Assembly (NCBI GenBank): GCA_963786225.1
Contig: CAWAYQ010000024.1
Location: 36,467-100,466 of the forward strand
Length of the DNA stretch: 64,000 bases
Origin: an uncultured Alphaproteobacteria bacterium
GTDB taxonomy: Bacteria > Pseudomonadota > Alphaproteobacteria > Rhizobiales > Methylopilaceae
Reading direction: 5' to 3'
Position numbers and translations under genes: made by a program. The notes beneath the pieces are model-generated. The model searched no databases. It worked only from the letters and a program-made list of their open reading frames with translations, and was not told where the DNA came from. How positions within the stretch are numbered: the first letter of the stretch is position 1; the number at the start of each line of letters is the position of its first letter. Positions 50,894 through 64,000 of the stretch are shown here, piece by piece.

Positions 50894-51039
50894 GGACCTG
50901 CCTGGAAACGGGTATGAAATTTGCGGGCATATAGCCTGAGACGGGGCGAGGATCATAGAGGCGGGGGCAATTGTGCCGCAACGCTTGCACACAACCCTGC
51001 GAGTACGTCAGTTAACGGCCATGTTGAGGGGGATTTCAC

Positions 51040-51792
51040 ATGCCGCCGCGTCCGCTCGTTGCCGGAAACTGGAAGATGAACGGGGTCAGGGCCTCACTGG
51101 CCGAACTGGCAGCGATCCGCGACCGGGTGGCGGTCGGGGCGGCGGGTAACGCCGAGGTGCTGGTGTGCCCGCCGGCGACACTTGTCGGCCTTGCCGTCGA
51201 GACAGCGAAAGCTGTGGTCGCCGTGGGCGGGCAGGATTGCGCCGCGGACCCCGCCGGTCCGCATACGGGAGACATCTCCGCCGAAATGCTGGCCGATCTC
51301 GGCGCGACCTATGTGATCGTCGGGCATTCGGAACGGCGGGCCGATCATGGCGAAACCGATTCGGTCGTCCGGAAGAAAGCCCTTGCCGCCCGGCGCGCCG
51401 GCCTTACGGCCATTCTGTGCCTTGGCGAGACCCAGGACGACCGCGTCGAGGGCCGGACTCTGGACATCGTGGGACGCCAATTCGAAATCTCCGTACCCCA
51501 GGACGGCGCGACGGCGGCCAATCTCGTCATCGCCTATGAGCCGGTCTGGGCCATCGGAACCGGCCTGACGCCGACCGTCGCCGATGTGGCGGAGGTGCAC
51601 AGCTTCATCCGCGGCGCGCTGGTGAAACGGTTCGGCGCCGAGGGCAAGGGAATGCGCGTGCTCTATGGCGGCTCGGTCAAGCCGTCGAATGCCGCCGAGC
51701 TGCTGGGCATCACCGATGTCGACGGCGCGCTGGTCGGCGGTGCGAGCCTGAAGGCGGATGATTTTCTTGGCATTGCCAAGGTTTACAGCTGA
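51040..51792 (+). CDS. tpiA: triosephosphate isomerase
   Basis: [39 protein letters not shown]. Confidence 0.97.
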   Translation: MPPRPLVAGNWKMNGVRASLAELAAIRDRVAVGAAGNAEVLVCPPATLVGLAVETAKAVVAVGGQDCAADPAGPHTGDISAEMLADLGATYVIVGHSERRADHGETDSVVRKKALAARRAGLTAILCLGETQDDRVEGRTLDIVGRQFEISVPQDGATAANLVIAYEPVWAIGTGLTPTVADVAEVHSFIRGALVKRFGAEGKGMRVLYGGSVKPSNAAELLGITDVDGALVGGASLKADDFLGIAKVYS

Positions 51793-51886
51793 TTTCCGGT
51801 ATCGGGCGGGATGCATCACGGGTGCGGGGGTGGCATTGCCGGGCAGGCTGGTGTAATCAGCCGCGACCTCACCTATATCGGCCGCC

Positions 51887-52297
51887 ATGCATACCGTTCT
51901 CATCGTCGTTCATCTGATGATCGTGCTTTCGCTCGTCGTCACCGTCCTTCTCCAGCGTTCGGAGGGCGGTGCCCTCGGTATGGGCGGGGGTGGCGGTGGC
52001 TTCATGACGGGCCGTGGCAAGGCCAATGCCCTGACCCAGACCACAGCCTGGCTCGCCGCGGGTTTCTTCGCCACCTCGATCATGCTGGCGATTCTGGCCG
52101 GGACGAACCGCGTCGCACCGTCGATTATCCAGCGCGCGGCGCCTCCCGGCTCGTCGGTTCCGGCACTGCCGACCGAAGGCGGCCTTCTGGATTCGCTGAA
52201 GCAACCCCAGGGCGGCGCGCCAGCACCAGCACCCGCTCCGGTTCCGTCGGCGCCCATCTCGGGCGCACCCCAGGCTCCGGTCGCACCGGCGCAGTAA
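51887..52297 (+). CDS. secG: preprotein translocase subunit SecG
   Basis: VLLQRSEGGALG, two TM segments, between tpiA and pyrG. Confidence 0.93.
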   Translation: MHTVLIVVHLMIVLSLVVTVLLQRSEGGALGMGGGGGGFMTGRGKANALTQTTAWLAAGFFATSIMLAILAGTNRVAPSIIQRAAPPGSSVPALPTEGGLLDSLKQPQGGAPAPAPAPVPSAPISGAPQAPVAPAQ

Positions 52298-52345
52298 TCT
52301 GTGGACGCATGGTCCGGCCGTGCGTCTTTCATGTCGTCATTCTGA

Positions 52346-53998
<1,653 letters not shown>

Positions 53999-54008
53999 GG
54001 TGCCGGCC

Positions 54009-54869
54009 ATGACCGCGCACGGAAAGATCGAACCTGCACCCCAATCGACCGTCGCGACGGGCCCGGTCATGTTCGGCAATGCGCTCCCGCTCGCCCTGAT
54101 CGCCGGACCGTGCCAGCTTGAATCTCGCAATCACGCCTTCGAAGTCGCCACTGCGCTGAAGGAAATCACCGCGCGAGTCGGCATCGGCCTCGTCTTCAAG
54201 ACGAGCTTCGACAAAGCCAACCGCACCTCGGCGAATGCGGAACGCGGCATCGGGCTCGAAGCCGCGCTGCCGATCTTCGCCGAAATCCGCGAGAAGCTCG
54301 GCCTGCCTGTACTGACGGATGTGCATGAGGCCGACCAGTGCGCGCCGACGGCGGAAGCGGTGGATGTGCTGCAGATCCCGGCGTTTCTCTGCCGCCAGAC
54401 CGATCTTCTGGTCGCCGCCGCCAAAACCGGCAAGGCCGTCAATGTGAAGAAGGGCCAGTTCCTCGCGCCCTGGGACATGAAAAACGTCGTCGCCAAGATC
54501 ACCGGCGCCGGAAATCCGAACGTGCTCGTGACCGAGCGCGGCGCGAGCTTCGGCTATAACACGCTTGTCTCCGACATGCGGGCGCTGCCGAGCCTGAAAG
54601 AGACCGGCGCACCGGTGATCTTCGATGCCACCCATTCCGTCCAGCAGCCCGGCGGGCAGGGGACGTCGTCGGGCGGCCAGCGCGAATTCGTGCCGGTCCT
54701 GGCGCGGGCGGCGGTAGCGGTCGGCGTCGCTGGTGTGTTCATCGAAACGCATCCCGATCCGGACAAGGCGCCGAGCGACGGGCCCAACATGATCCCGTTG
54801 CGCGAGATGGAAGCTCTGCTGATTGACCTGATGGCATTCGATCGTCTGGCGAAGGCAATTCGCCCGTAG
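54009..54869 (+). CDS. kdsA: KDO 8-phosphate synthase
   Basis: [40 protein letters not shown]. Confidence 0.96.
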   Translation: MTAHGKIEPAPQSTVATGPVMFGNALPLALIAGPCQLESRNHAFEVATALKEITARVGIGLVFKTSFDKANRTSANAERGIGLEAALPIFAEIREKLGLPVLTDVHEADQCAPTAEAVDVLQIPAFLCRQTDLLVAAAKTGKAVNVKKGQFLAPWDMKNVVAKITGAGNPNVLVTERGASFGYNTLVSDMRALPSLKETGAPVIFDATHSVQQPGGQGTSSGGQREFVPVLARAAVAVGVAGVFIETHPDPDKAPSDGPNMIPLREMEALLIDLMAFDRLAKAIRP

Positions 54870-54887
54870 ACAAAGGGAAGCCGCGGC

Positions 54888-56463
<1,576 letters not shown>

Positions 56464-56470
56464 TCCTTTT

Positions 56471-56670
56471 CCCCCTCTCCTGCGAAGCGGGAGAGGGGCG
56501 GGCACGCGACCGGGGTGAGAGCAAGCACGATGCTCGTTACCGCCCGGTTTGTAACTTCCTCACGGCCTCCCGGCCGTGAGTCGTCATCACCCTCCTGAAC
56601 TCGGGTGTTCCCGAGTTCAGCTTTTGGATTGCCAAGTCGGGTAAACCCGACCTGGCTCGGGAAAGGGGGA
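56471..56670. repeat. boxC-like inverted-pair element (copy C) with nested twin-hairpin module at 56595-56656
   Basis: CCCCTCTCC-TGCGAAGCG-GGAGAGGGG..GGGGTGAG; right unit CCCTC-[module]-GGGAAAGGGG; 56503-56536 is 30/34 identical to 738-771. Confidence 0.8.
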
Positions 56671-56757
56671 GTCGAGCACGCCTTTTTTGTTGCACTGCAT
56701 GCCGTTGGTGACGGAACATCGAGTCGTTCCACGATTTCTCGTGCGGCCCGGAGCGCG

Positions 56758-58569
56758 ATGCAGAGCATCACGATCATCAATTGGATTCTGCTCGCAGGGG
56801 CGGCGCTTGTCGTTGTCGGCATCCTGTCGAGCCTTGTCGCACGCCGTTTCGGCGCGCCCTTGCTCCTCGTCTTCCTCGGCATCGGCATGCTGCTTGGCGA
56901 GGACGGGCCGGGCGGTATAGCGTTCAACGACTATGCGCTGACCTATCTCATCGGTTCGTTCGCACTGGCGATCATCCTGTTCGACGGCGGTCTGCGCACG
57001 CGCATCTCGGCTTTTGAGGGCGTGCTGGCACCGAGCGTGGTTCTCTCCAGCGCCGGCGTTCTGATCACCGCACTTTTGGTCGCCCTTTTCGCGGCGCCGC
57101 TGCTCGGCATTTCGTTTCCCGAAGGTCTCCTGATCGGTTCCATGATCGCGGCGACCGACGCGGCGGCCGTGTTCTTCCTGCTTCGTGCAGGCGGTCTTCA
57201 TCTCCACCGGCGCGTCGGCGCGACGCTCGAGGTCGAGTCCGGCACCAACGATCCGACAGCCGTGCTTCTGACGATCGTGCTTGTGCAGTATCTCGCCGAG
57301 GCCGGGAGCAATCCCGGTCTCTATCTGATCGTTACCCTGCTCAAGCACGGTGTACTGGGCGCGCTGATCGGCGTGGGAGGCGGCTATGCCGTGGTTTCGC
57401 TGCTGAACCGTGTCGAACTGCCGGCCGGTCTGCATCCGCTGTTTGCGGTTTCGTGCGCGGTCACGATCTTCGCGCTGGCGCAGGTGATGGACGGTTCAGG
57501 ATTTCTCGCCGTCTATCTCGCCGGTCTCGTCGTCGGCAACCGCCGCGTCCGAGCCTTTGCGTCGATCACGGCGTTCCACGACGCTGCGACCTGGCTCGTG
57601 CAAATCCTGATGTTCGTGGTGCTCGGTCTTCTGGTGACGCCGTCGGCTCTCGTTCAGGTCATCGTACCAGGACTTCTCGTCTCGCTGTTTCTGATGCTGC
57701 TCGCGCGGCCGGTCGCAGTGTTTCTCTCGCTGGCGCCGTTTCACTTCTCGTTCAACGAGCGTCTCTTCGTGTCCTGGGTGGGCCTTCGCGGCGCGGTCTC
57801 GATTTTCCTTGCCGCGATCCCGACTTTGGCCGGCTTGCCGCACGGCGATCTCTTTTTCAACATCGCCTTCATCGTCGTCGTCGTTTCGCTGATCGTGCAG
57901 GGGTGGACGCTGACCCCGCTTGCGCGCCGCCTGGGCCTCGCGCTGCCGCGGACGCGTCCGGACATCAGCCGCGTCGAAATCGATCTGCCCGGCCAGCAGG
58001 AACACGAAATGGTCGGCTACTACATCGAGGAGGGCAGCGCGGTGCTCCAACCGGGCGCCTCGCCGCGCTGGGCCCGGCCGGTCTTCGTCGTGCGTGACGA
58101 CAGGATTCTCGAACCCGCAATCGCGAAAGGACTGAAGCCCGGCGATTACGGCTATTTCCTCGCACCGCCGGAACGCGTGCGTGAACTCGATCGCCTTTTC
58201 GCCGTCGAATCCGACACCGGCGAGCACGCCAACTTTCCCCTGCGCGCCGGCGTCCAGCTCGGCGTGCTGAGCGATCTTTACGGTCTCGATGTCGATGCCG
58301 AACTCCGCGACCGTACGGTCGCCGAACATTTCGACACCGAGATGGATGACGACCCGGCGCCCGGCGACAAGCTCTCGCTCGGCCCGGCAATGCTTGTCGT
58401 GCGCGTGGTGCAGGACGCCCGGGTGATCGAAGCCGAACTCGAACTCGCCTATGGGGAATCGAACGGCGAGGGCGAACCGGCCGCGGGACCGGACCGCTTC
58501 GACCGTGCGCTGCGAAAGGCACGCACGGCGCTGCGGGTGTTTGAAGCCCGGTTTTTTAACCGGGGGTAA
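56758..58569 (+). CDS. potassium/proton antiporter (CPA1, NhaP2/CvrA type)
   Basis: GEDGPGGI, ILFDGGLRT, TDAAAVF, LEVESGTNDP, GLRGAVSI, C-terminal cytoplasmic domain. Confidence 0.93.
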   Translation: MQSITIINWILLAGAALVVVGILSSLVARRFGAPLLLVFLGIGMLLGEDGPGGIAFNDYALTYLIGSFALAIILFDGGLRTRISAFEGVLAPSVVLSSAGVLITALLVALFAAPLLGISFPEGLLIGSMIAATDAAAVFFLLRAGGLHLHRRVGATLEVESGTNDPTAVLLTIVLVQYLAEAGSNPGLYLIVTLLKHGVLGALIGVGGGYAVVSLLNRVELPAGLHPLFAVSCAVTIFALAQVMDGSGFLAVYLAGLVVGNRRVRAFASITAFHDAATWLVQILMFVVLGLLVTPSALVQVIVPGLLVSLFLMLLARPVAVFLSLAPFHFSFNERLFVSWVGLRGAVSIFLAAIPTLAGLPHGDLFFNIAFIVVVVSLIVQGWTLTPLARRLGLALPRTRPDISRVEIDLPGQQEHEMVGYYIEEGSAVLQPGASPRWARPVFVVRDDRILEPAIAKGLKPGDYGYFLAPPERVRELDRLFAVESDTGEHANFPLRAGVQLGVLSDLYGLDVDAELRDRTVAEHFDTEMDDDPAPGDKLSLGPAMLVVRVVQDARVIEAELELAYGESNGEGEPAAGPDRFDRALRKARTALRVFEARFFNRG

Positions 58570-58570
58570 A
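58556..58570. promoter_or_regulatory. putative CtrA binding site upstream of ftsB
   Basis: TTAA-CCGGGGG-TAAA (TTAA-N7-TTAA, 1 mismatch), 25 bp before the ATG. Confidence 0.45.
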
Positions 58571-58594
58571 CCAGTTCGGGGCGAGCGTCCGGGC

Positions 58595-58909
58595 ATGATC
58601 AGAAACACCCGAATCCGCGGCGTCTTGATCCAGCTCAGCCTCTGGACGCTGATTGCCGCGCTGATCGGCTATTTCGGCTATCACGGCATTCATGGGGAAC
58701 GCGGACTCCGAGCCCACCGCAACTTCGACGCCGAGATCGCGGTGCTGACGGCCCAACTGTCCGAGCTGGAAGCCGACCGGAAGAAGTTGCAGGCCCGGGT
58801 GGCCCGGTTCGAGCCGTCTTCAGTCGATCGCGACCTTCTGGATGAAGAGGCGAGGCGTAATCTTGGCTGGCTCCATCCAAACGACCGCATTGTCGTCCCG
58901 CGGGAATGA
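58595..58909 (+). CDS. ftsB: septum formation initiator (FtsB/DivIC family)
   Basis: TM, YFGYHGIHGERGL, coiled coil, DRDLLDEEARRNLG; eno-ftsB-pdhA synteny. Confidence 0.85.
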   Translation: MIRNTRIRGVLIQLSLWTLIAALIGYFGYHGIHGERGLRAHRNFDAEIAVLTAQLSELEADRKKLQARVARFEPSSVDRDLLDEEARRNLGWLHPNDRIVVPRE

Positions 58910-59152
58910 TTTCCACGGGAATTGAGACAAAAAGTGATCGATTGAGCGATGCAACCTCGAGCGATGCTCCTAGAGGCAATCGGCTTTAAGTAGCGGACCT
59001 TACATGGTTAAACGGACCTGTTCCGTGAAGCTCGTCAGATTTTCGCCTTACTTTCGTCTTGCTTCAATCCAGTTTCCCATGGCACCTAAAAGCCGCTGTC
59101 AACCGTAATTGGCGGCACTGCACAGCTGAGTGCGTATTTCCTAGGGGGGAAA

Positions 59153-60302
59153 ATGCGGCATTTCTTTATCGGCACGATCGCGCTTCTGAGCGCTATCTTG
59201 ACGCAACCCGTGTTCGCACAGGTTAAACAGGACCCGTCGGAAACTCCCGCGGAAGCCAGTCTCAAGGAAAAGAAGAACGCGTGGACGCTCGGTATATCCG
59301 GCGGCATGCTCGACACGACCAATATGCGGTTCGCCGACGAGATGGGCAAAGTGCTCAACGACGGCGACGAGCTCCGCATCCTGCCGATCATCGGCTTCGG
59401 CGCGACATCCAATCTCGAAGACCTGCTGTATTTACGTGGCGTCGATGCCGCGTTCACGCAGTCCGACGTTTTCGAATACTTCGCCAAGGAAAAGGGTATC
59501 GGCAATCTTGCCAACCGCGTGGAATACGTCGCGCGCTTCCCGATGGCGGAACTCCATTTCATCGCGCCTACCAAGTACAAGACGCTGGAAGAGCTCCGCG
59601 GCAAACGCGTGAGCTTCGGGCCTCAGGGTACGGCGGCGAGCCTTACGGCAAACATCGTTCTGGAACGCCTCGGCATTCAGGTCGAGCAGGTCTACCAGGA
59701 CCACCGTACGGGCATGGCCGATCTGAAATCGGGCAAGCTCGATGCGCTGATCCGCTGCGCCGGCAAGCCGCTCGGTTTTGTGAGGGACATTCCTGCGGAA
59801 TCCGGGCTTCACCTGATCCCGGTTCCGTTCACTGAAAAGCTCGCGGACTATTACACGTTGAGCGAACTCACCTCGGAACATTATCCGAACATGATCCCGG
59901 CGGGACAGACGGTCGATACGATCGGCGTACCGACAGTGCTCGCGGTCTACAACTGGCCGAAGAACACCTATCGCTACAAGCGCGTGGAGCGTTTCGTCGC
60001 AGCGGATGTTCCAGAACTGGGACAAGTTCCACGACCCCGCATTCCATCCGAGCTGGAAGGACGTCAACCTCGCCGCCACCGTTCCGGGCTGGCAGCGGTT
60101 CGACGTTGCCGAACGCATGCTGAAGCAGACGTCCTTGCAGAGCGACAGGAAGCAGGCGCTCGGCGCGGATTTCCAGAAATTCCTGGATAATTCGGGCGGC
60201 GCGGTCGCGCCCAAGACCCAGGCGGAGAGGGATGCGCTGTTCCGCGATTTCATGGCCTGGCACGCGCAGCAGAGTAAGAAAGTTCAATCGCGATCCAACT
60301 GA
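59153..60302 (+). pseudogene. TAXI-family TRAP solute-binding protein, split by a +1 frameshift near 59998 (pseudogene or sequence error)
   Basis: LRILPIIG..NLEDLLYLRGVD..QSDV; removing one base joins RYKRVERFV to QRMFQNWDKFHDPAFHPSWKDVNLAATVPGWQRF. Confidence 0.75.
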
Positions 60303-60371
60303 CGGATCGGGTAACGTCAATACAGTGGGCACCACACCTGGTGCTGGGCTTTGGGGGCCCTTGGGGGGGAA

Positions 60372-61271
60372 ATGAGTAATCCCTTTAGAAATTCGCCGCC
60401 GGAAGAAGTTCTTCCTTATGCGCCGAACTGGGCGCGTCAACCGGGCCAGCGCCCGGTGCAGCCGCCCGTTGCCTACGACGCGTTTTCCGATGAGGAAAAT
60501 CCCAGCTATCGCGAGATGGCGCAGATGTTTTCGCCGCAGTTGGAGCGGCCGAGGGCCAAGCGCGCCAATCCCACGGCAAAGATGCTGGTGCGTTTCGGCG
60601 CCGTGCTCGGTGTTGCCGGAGCCGCGATTGCGCTGTTCGTCGGCTATGTCGCGACGCAGCCGGGAGCCAAGGACGTCAGCGCCAACCACAATGAGCAGCG
60701 GTTCAAAGGCGTGAACACGGCTGTTGCCGCCGTTCAGGCGGCCTTCACGCCGTCCCCGTCGAACGAGCCTCCGGCTGCACCGGTCGTCGAAACCCCTCGC
60801 GCACCTGAAAAGGTTCCGGAGCCGGCCTCCGTGACGGTCGCCGCCGCGGTTTCAACAGATCGAAGCGCCGCGGCGCCTGCGCCAGCACCCGCGCCCGCGC
60901 CCGAAACGGCGGCGCCGATCGCTGCGGGACCAAAAGTGGCGGCGCTCACCCCGGAAGCTCCCGCTCCGGTGGCGCCGCCCGTTCCGCAACTCACGGCCGG
61001 TGAGCTCGCGACCCTGATGGCGCGAGGCCGACGCTTTATCGAAAGCGGTGACTTTTCGTCAGCCCGTCCGGTTTACCGCCGGGCGGCGGAAGCGGGCTAT
61101 GCGGAAGCGGCGATCGCACTCGGCGAGACCTACGATCCTCAGACCTTGGCCGAGCGCGGCGCTGTCGGCATGAGCGCAAATGTCGAGCAGGCACGGCATT
61201 GGTATGAACGTGCGCGCGATATGGGGTCGCTCGAAGCACCGACCCGTCTGGAGCGGTTGCCGCGCCGGTGA
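60372..61271 (+). CDS. membrane-anchored Pro/Ala-rich protein with C-terminal Sel1-like repeat
   Basis: TM segment, AP-rich linker, GDFSSARPVYRRAAEAGYAEAAIALGETYDP..ARHWYERARDMGS. Confidence 0.8.
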   Translation: MSNPFRNSPPEEVLPYAPNWARQPGQRPVQPPVAYDAFSDEENPSYREMAQMFSPQLERPRAKRANPTAKMLVRFGAVLGVAGAAIALFVGYVATQPGAKDVSANHNEQRFKGVNTAVAAVQAAFTPSPSNEPPAAPVVETPRAPEKVPEPASVTVAAAVSTDRSAAAPAPAPAPAPETAAPIAAGPKVAALTPEAPAPVAPPVPQLTAGELATLMARGRRFIESGDFSSARPVYRRAAEAGYAEAAIALGETYDPQTLAERGAVGMSANVEQARHWYERARDMGSLEAPTRLERLPRR

Positions 61272-61524
61272 ATTTCCGGCGTCGCGCCAGGGGGCGGTGG
61301 GCAGTTTCGCGTCCCGCCAGAAGCAGCGCGACGCCGGACTGCCATGCTTTTGACGCATAGCAGTCGCGATCTCCATTTCTTCTAAAGCATTGATTTTCTT
61401 GGGCTGACGCGGTTTCGGGTTAACCGGCCATTCGCTCGCTTTTGCTACATCGTTGGGCTAACGTTGCTCAAAATAGAAGCGGTCGAAACGGCCTGAAAGC
61501 CCACGCAACAGGGAGCCTCTCCGC

Positions 61525-62556
61525 ATGGCAGCAAGCGCCGCCAAGGCCAAATCCGCTAAACCTGCGCCCGAAACCGGGATTTCGAACTCCTTTTCGGAAT
61601 TCTCGAAGGACGAGGATATCGCGGCGTTCCGCGACATGCTTGCCATTCGCCGGTTCGAGGAAAAGGCCGGCCAGCTCTACGGCATGGGCCTGATCGGTGG
61701 TTTCTGCCATCTCTATATCGGCCAGGAAGCCGTCGTCGTCGGGATGAAGATGGCCCAGACGGAGGGCGATCAGGTCGTCACCAGCTATCGCGATCACGGC
61801 CACATGCTGGCGACCGGCATGGACCCCAACGGCGTCATGGCCGAGCTGACGGGCCGCAGCGGCGGTTATTCGCGCGGCAAGGGCGGCTCCATGCACATGT
61901 TCAGCCGCGAGAAGAACTTCTTCGGCGGTCACGGCATCGTCGGCGCGCAGGTCTCGATCGGAACCGGTCTGGCCTTCGCCAACAAATACCGCGAGAACGG
62001 CAAGGTCGCGGTCACCTATTTCGGCGACGGCGCGGCCAATCAGGGCCAGGTCTATGAGAGCTTCAACATGGCGAAGCTCTGGAAGCTGCCGGTGATCTAC
62101 GTCGTCGAGAACAACCGCTACGGCATGGGCACGTCCTATACGCGCGCCTCGTCGACGACCGATTTCTCGCAGCGCGGCCGCTCGTTCGACATTCCCGGCG
62201 AGCAGGTCGACGGCATGGACGTCCGCGCCGTGCGCGCGGCCGGCCAGCGCGCCGTCGAGCATGCGCGCTCGGGCGAAGGCCCCTACATCCTCGAAATGCA
62301 GACCTACCGCTATCGCGGCCATTCCATGTCGGACCCGGCGAAGTACCGGTCCAAGGAAGAGGTCCAGAAAATGCGGGATGAGCACGATCCGATCGAGCAG
62401 GTCCGCAAGCGCGTGCTTGAAAAGAAGTGGGCAAGCGAGGACGATCTGAACAAGATCGACAAGGACATCAAGGCCGTGGTCAACGCCGCGGCCGATTTCG
62501 CGAGCCACGATTCCGAGCCCGATCCGTCGGAGCTCTGGACCGACATTCTCGTCTGA
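61525..62556 (+). CDS. pdhA: pyruvate dehydrogenase E1 alpha
   Basis: [36 protein letters not shown]. Confidence 0.97.
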   Translation: MAASAAKAKSAKPAPETGISNSFSEFSKDEDIAAFRDMLAIRRFEEKAGQLYGMGLIGGFCHLYIGQEAVVVGMKMAQTEGDQVVTSYRDHGHMLATGMDPNGVMAELTGRSGGYSRGKGGSMHMFSREKNFFGGHGIVGAQVSIGTGLAFANKYRENGKVAVTYFGDGAANQGQVYESFNMAKLWKLPVIYVVENNRYGMGTSYTRASSTTDFSQRGRSFDIPGEQVDGMDVRAVRAAGQRAVEHARSGEGPYILEMQTYRYRGHSMSDPAKYRSKEEVQKMRDEHDPIEQVRKRVLEKKWASEDDLNKIDKDIKAVVNAAADFASHDSEPDPSELWTDILV

Positions 62557-62587
62557 TCCGACCTACCCGAACAGAAAAGCAGCCCGC

Positions 62588-64000
62588 ATGCCGATTGAAG
62601 TCCTCATGCCTGCGCTTTCGCCGACCATGGAGTCGGGGAAGCTCGCCAAATGGCTGAAAGCCGAAGGCGACAAGGTGAAGTCCGGCGATGTGCTGGCTGA
62701 AATCGAAACCGACAAGGCCACGATGGAAGTCGAGGCGGTCGATGAAGGCGTGCTCGGCAAGATCCTGATCAAGGACGGCACCGAAGACGTTGCCGTCAAT
62801 ACACCGATCGCGCTGATCATGGAGGAGGGCGAAGACGCCTCCACCGCCAGGCCGGCCAAGAACGGCGCGGCGATGACGGAAAAACCGGCGGCCGAACAAA
62901 AGGCCGAGGAAAGCGCGCCGCCGGCCGCCCTCGAAAAGGGACCGGCTCCCGACAAGGCGCCGTCCGCCGTTGCCTCTCCGCCGAAGCCAAGCATCCAGCC
63001 GGATCCCGAAGTGCCGGAAGGCACCGAGATGGTGCACCAGACGGTGCGCGAAGCCTTGCGCGACGCGATGGCCGAGGAGATGCGCCGCGATCCCGACATT
63101 TTCCTGATGGGCGAGGAAGTCGCCGAGTATCAGGGCGCCTACAAGATTTCGCAGGGCCTGCTCGACGAGTTCGGCGCAAAGCGCGTGATCGACACGCCGA
63201 TCACCGAACACGGCTTCACCGGCGTCGGCGTCGGCGCGGCGCTTTCGGGCCTCAAGCCCATCGTGGAGTTCATGACCTGGAACTTCGCCATGCAGGCGAT
63301 GGACCAGATCATCAATTCGGCGGCCAAGACGCTCTATATGTCCGGCGGCCAGATGGGCTGTCCGATCGTGTTCCGCGGCCCGAACGGCGCCGCCGCGCGC
63401 GTCGCGGCCCAGCACAGCCAGGACTATACCGCCTGGTACAGCCAGATTCCGGGCCTGAAAGTCATCGCGCCTTACACGGCCGCCGACTTCAAGGGCCTGC
63501 TGAAGGCCGCGATCCGCGACCCGAACCCGATCATCTTCCTTGAAAACGAGATCCTGTACGGACAGAGCTTCGACGTGCCGAAGCTCGACGATTTCGTTCT
63601 GCCCATCGGCAAGGCGCGCATCGCGCGCGCCGGCAACGATGTCACGCTCGTCTCGTTCTCCATCGGCATGACCTATGCGCTCAAGGCCGCCGAGGAACTG
63701 GCGGGGCAGGGGATCGAGGCCGAGGTCATCGATCTTCGCACCATCCGCCCGATGGACATCGAAACCGTCATCGCGTCGGTGAAGAAGACCGGCCGCTGCG
63801 TCACGGTGGAAGAAGGCTGGCCGCAGTCCGGCGTCGGCTCCGAGATCGTTGCGCAGCTCATGGAAAAGGCGTTCGACTATCTCGACGCGCCGGTTCTGCG
63901 CATCACCGGCAAGGACGTGCCGATGCCTTACGCCGCCAATCTTGAAAAACTCGCTCTGCCATCCGTCGCCGAAGTCGTCGAAGCGGTTAAGGCGGTGACA
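62588..64000 (+). CDS. pdhB: pyruvate dehydrogenase E1 beta with N-terminal lipoyl domain (runs off window)
   Basis: [21 protein letters not shown] lipoyl domain, then [24 protein letters not shown]; open frame to 64000. Confidence 0.96.
   Translation, partial: MPIEVLMPALSPTMESGKLAKWLKAEGDKVKSGDVLAEIETDKATMEVEAVDEGVLGKILIKDGTEDVAVNTPIALIMEEGEDASTARPAKNGAAMTEKPAAEQKAEESAPPAALEKGPAPDKAPSAVASPPKPSIQPDPEVPEGTEMVHQTVREALRDAMAEEMRRDPDIFLMGEEVAEYQGAYKISQGLLDEFGAKRVIDTPITEHGFTGVGVGAALSGLKPIVEFMTWNFAMQAMDQIINSAAKTLYMSGGQMGCPIVFRGPNGAAARVAAQHSQDYTAWYSQIPGLKVIAPYTAADFKGLLKAAIRDPNPIIFLENEILYGQSFDVPKLDDFVLPIGKARIARAGNDVTLVSFSIGMTYALKAAEELAGQGIEAEVIDLRTIRPMDIETVIASVKKTGRCVTVEEGWPQSGVGSEIVAQLMEKAFDYLDAPVLRITGKDVPMPYAANLEKLALPSVAEVVEAVKAVT

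Noticed and set aside
61275-61338. 13-bp perfect stem TCCGGCGTCGCGC/GCGCGACGCCGGA after the Sel1-like gene
   Set aside because: Single copy with no U-tract; most simply a 3' stabilising hairpin.
61383-61395. IHF-like site (AATCAATGCTTTA on minus strand) upstream of pdhA
   Set aside because: Short degenerate consensus with no supporting sigma54 promoter or att site.
62588-62850. Lipoyl domain fused to PDH E1 beta
   Set aside because: Well-known arrangement in alphaproteobacteria.

Overview
High-GC chromosomal window from an alphaproteobacterium of the Hyphomicrobiales (Rhizobiales) type, mostly conserved housekeeping blocks. In order: accB-aroQ-dsbA-M48 protease; aminotransferase; rne; amiC-PBP1A; frameshifted prfB; M23 peptidase-bcp-AsmA-like; tyrS/anmK; a suf operon with an Irr box; nlpD-like; yajC-secDF; TPP riboswitch-thiOSGE; moeA-moaC-trpCDGE-ppiD; tpiA-secG-pyrG-kdsA-eno-ftsB-pdhAB. 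I saw no tRNA, rRNA, CRISPR array, prophage or intact transposase. The most interesting signal is non-coding. A family of inverted CCCTCTCCC/GGGAGAGGG (boxC-like) intergenic elements occurs six times, and one copy still carries a decayed DUF559 endonuclease gene. Four copies carry a nested ~60-bp twin-hairpin module with compensatory base changes, always in the same DNA-strand orientation. Other candidates are a three-way-junction RNA next to the sufB ribosome-binding site and several small accessory genes inside conserved operons: an ABM protein in suf, a membrane cNMP-binding protein in trp, a Cys-rich secreted peptide coupled to PBP1A, a 34-aa membrane peptide, and a frameshifted orphan TAXI protein paired with a Sel1-like protein. 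All calls come from reading the sequence; no searches were run.
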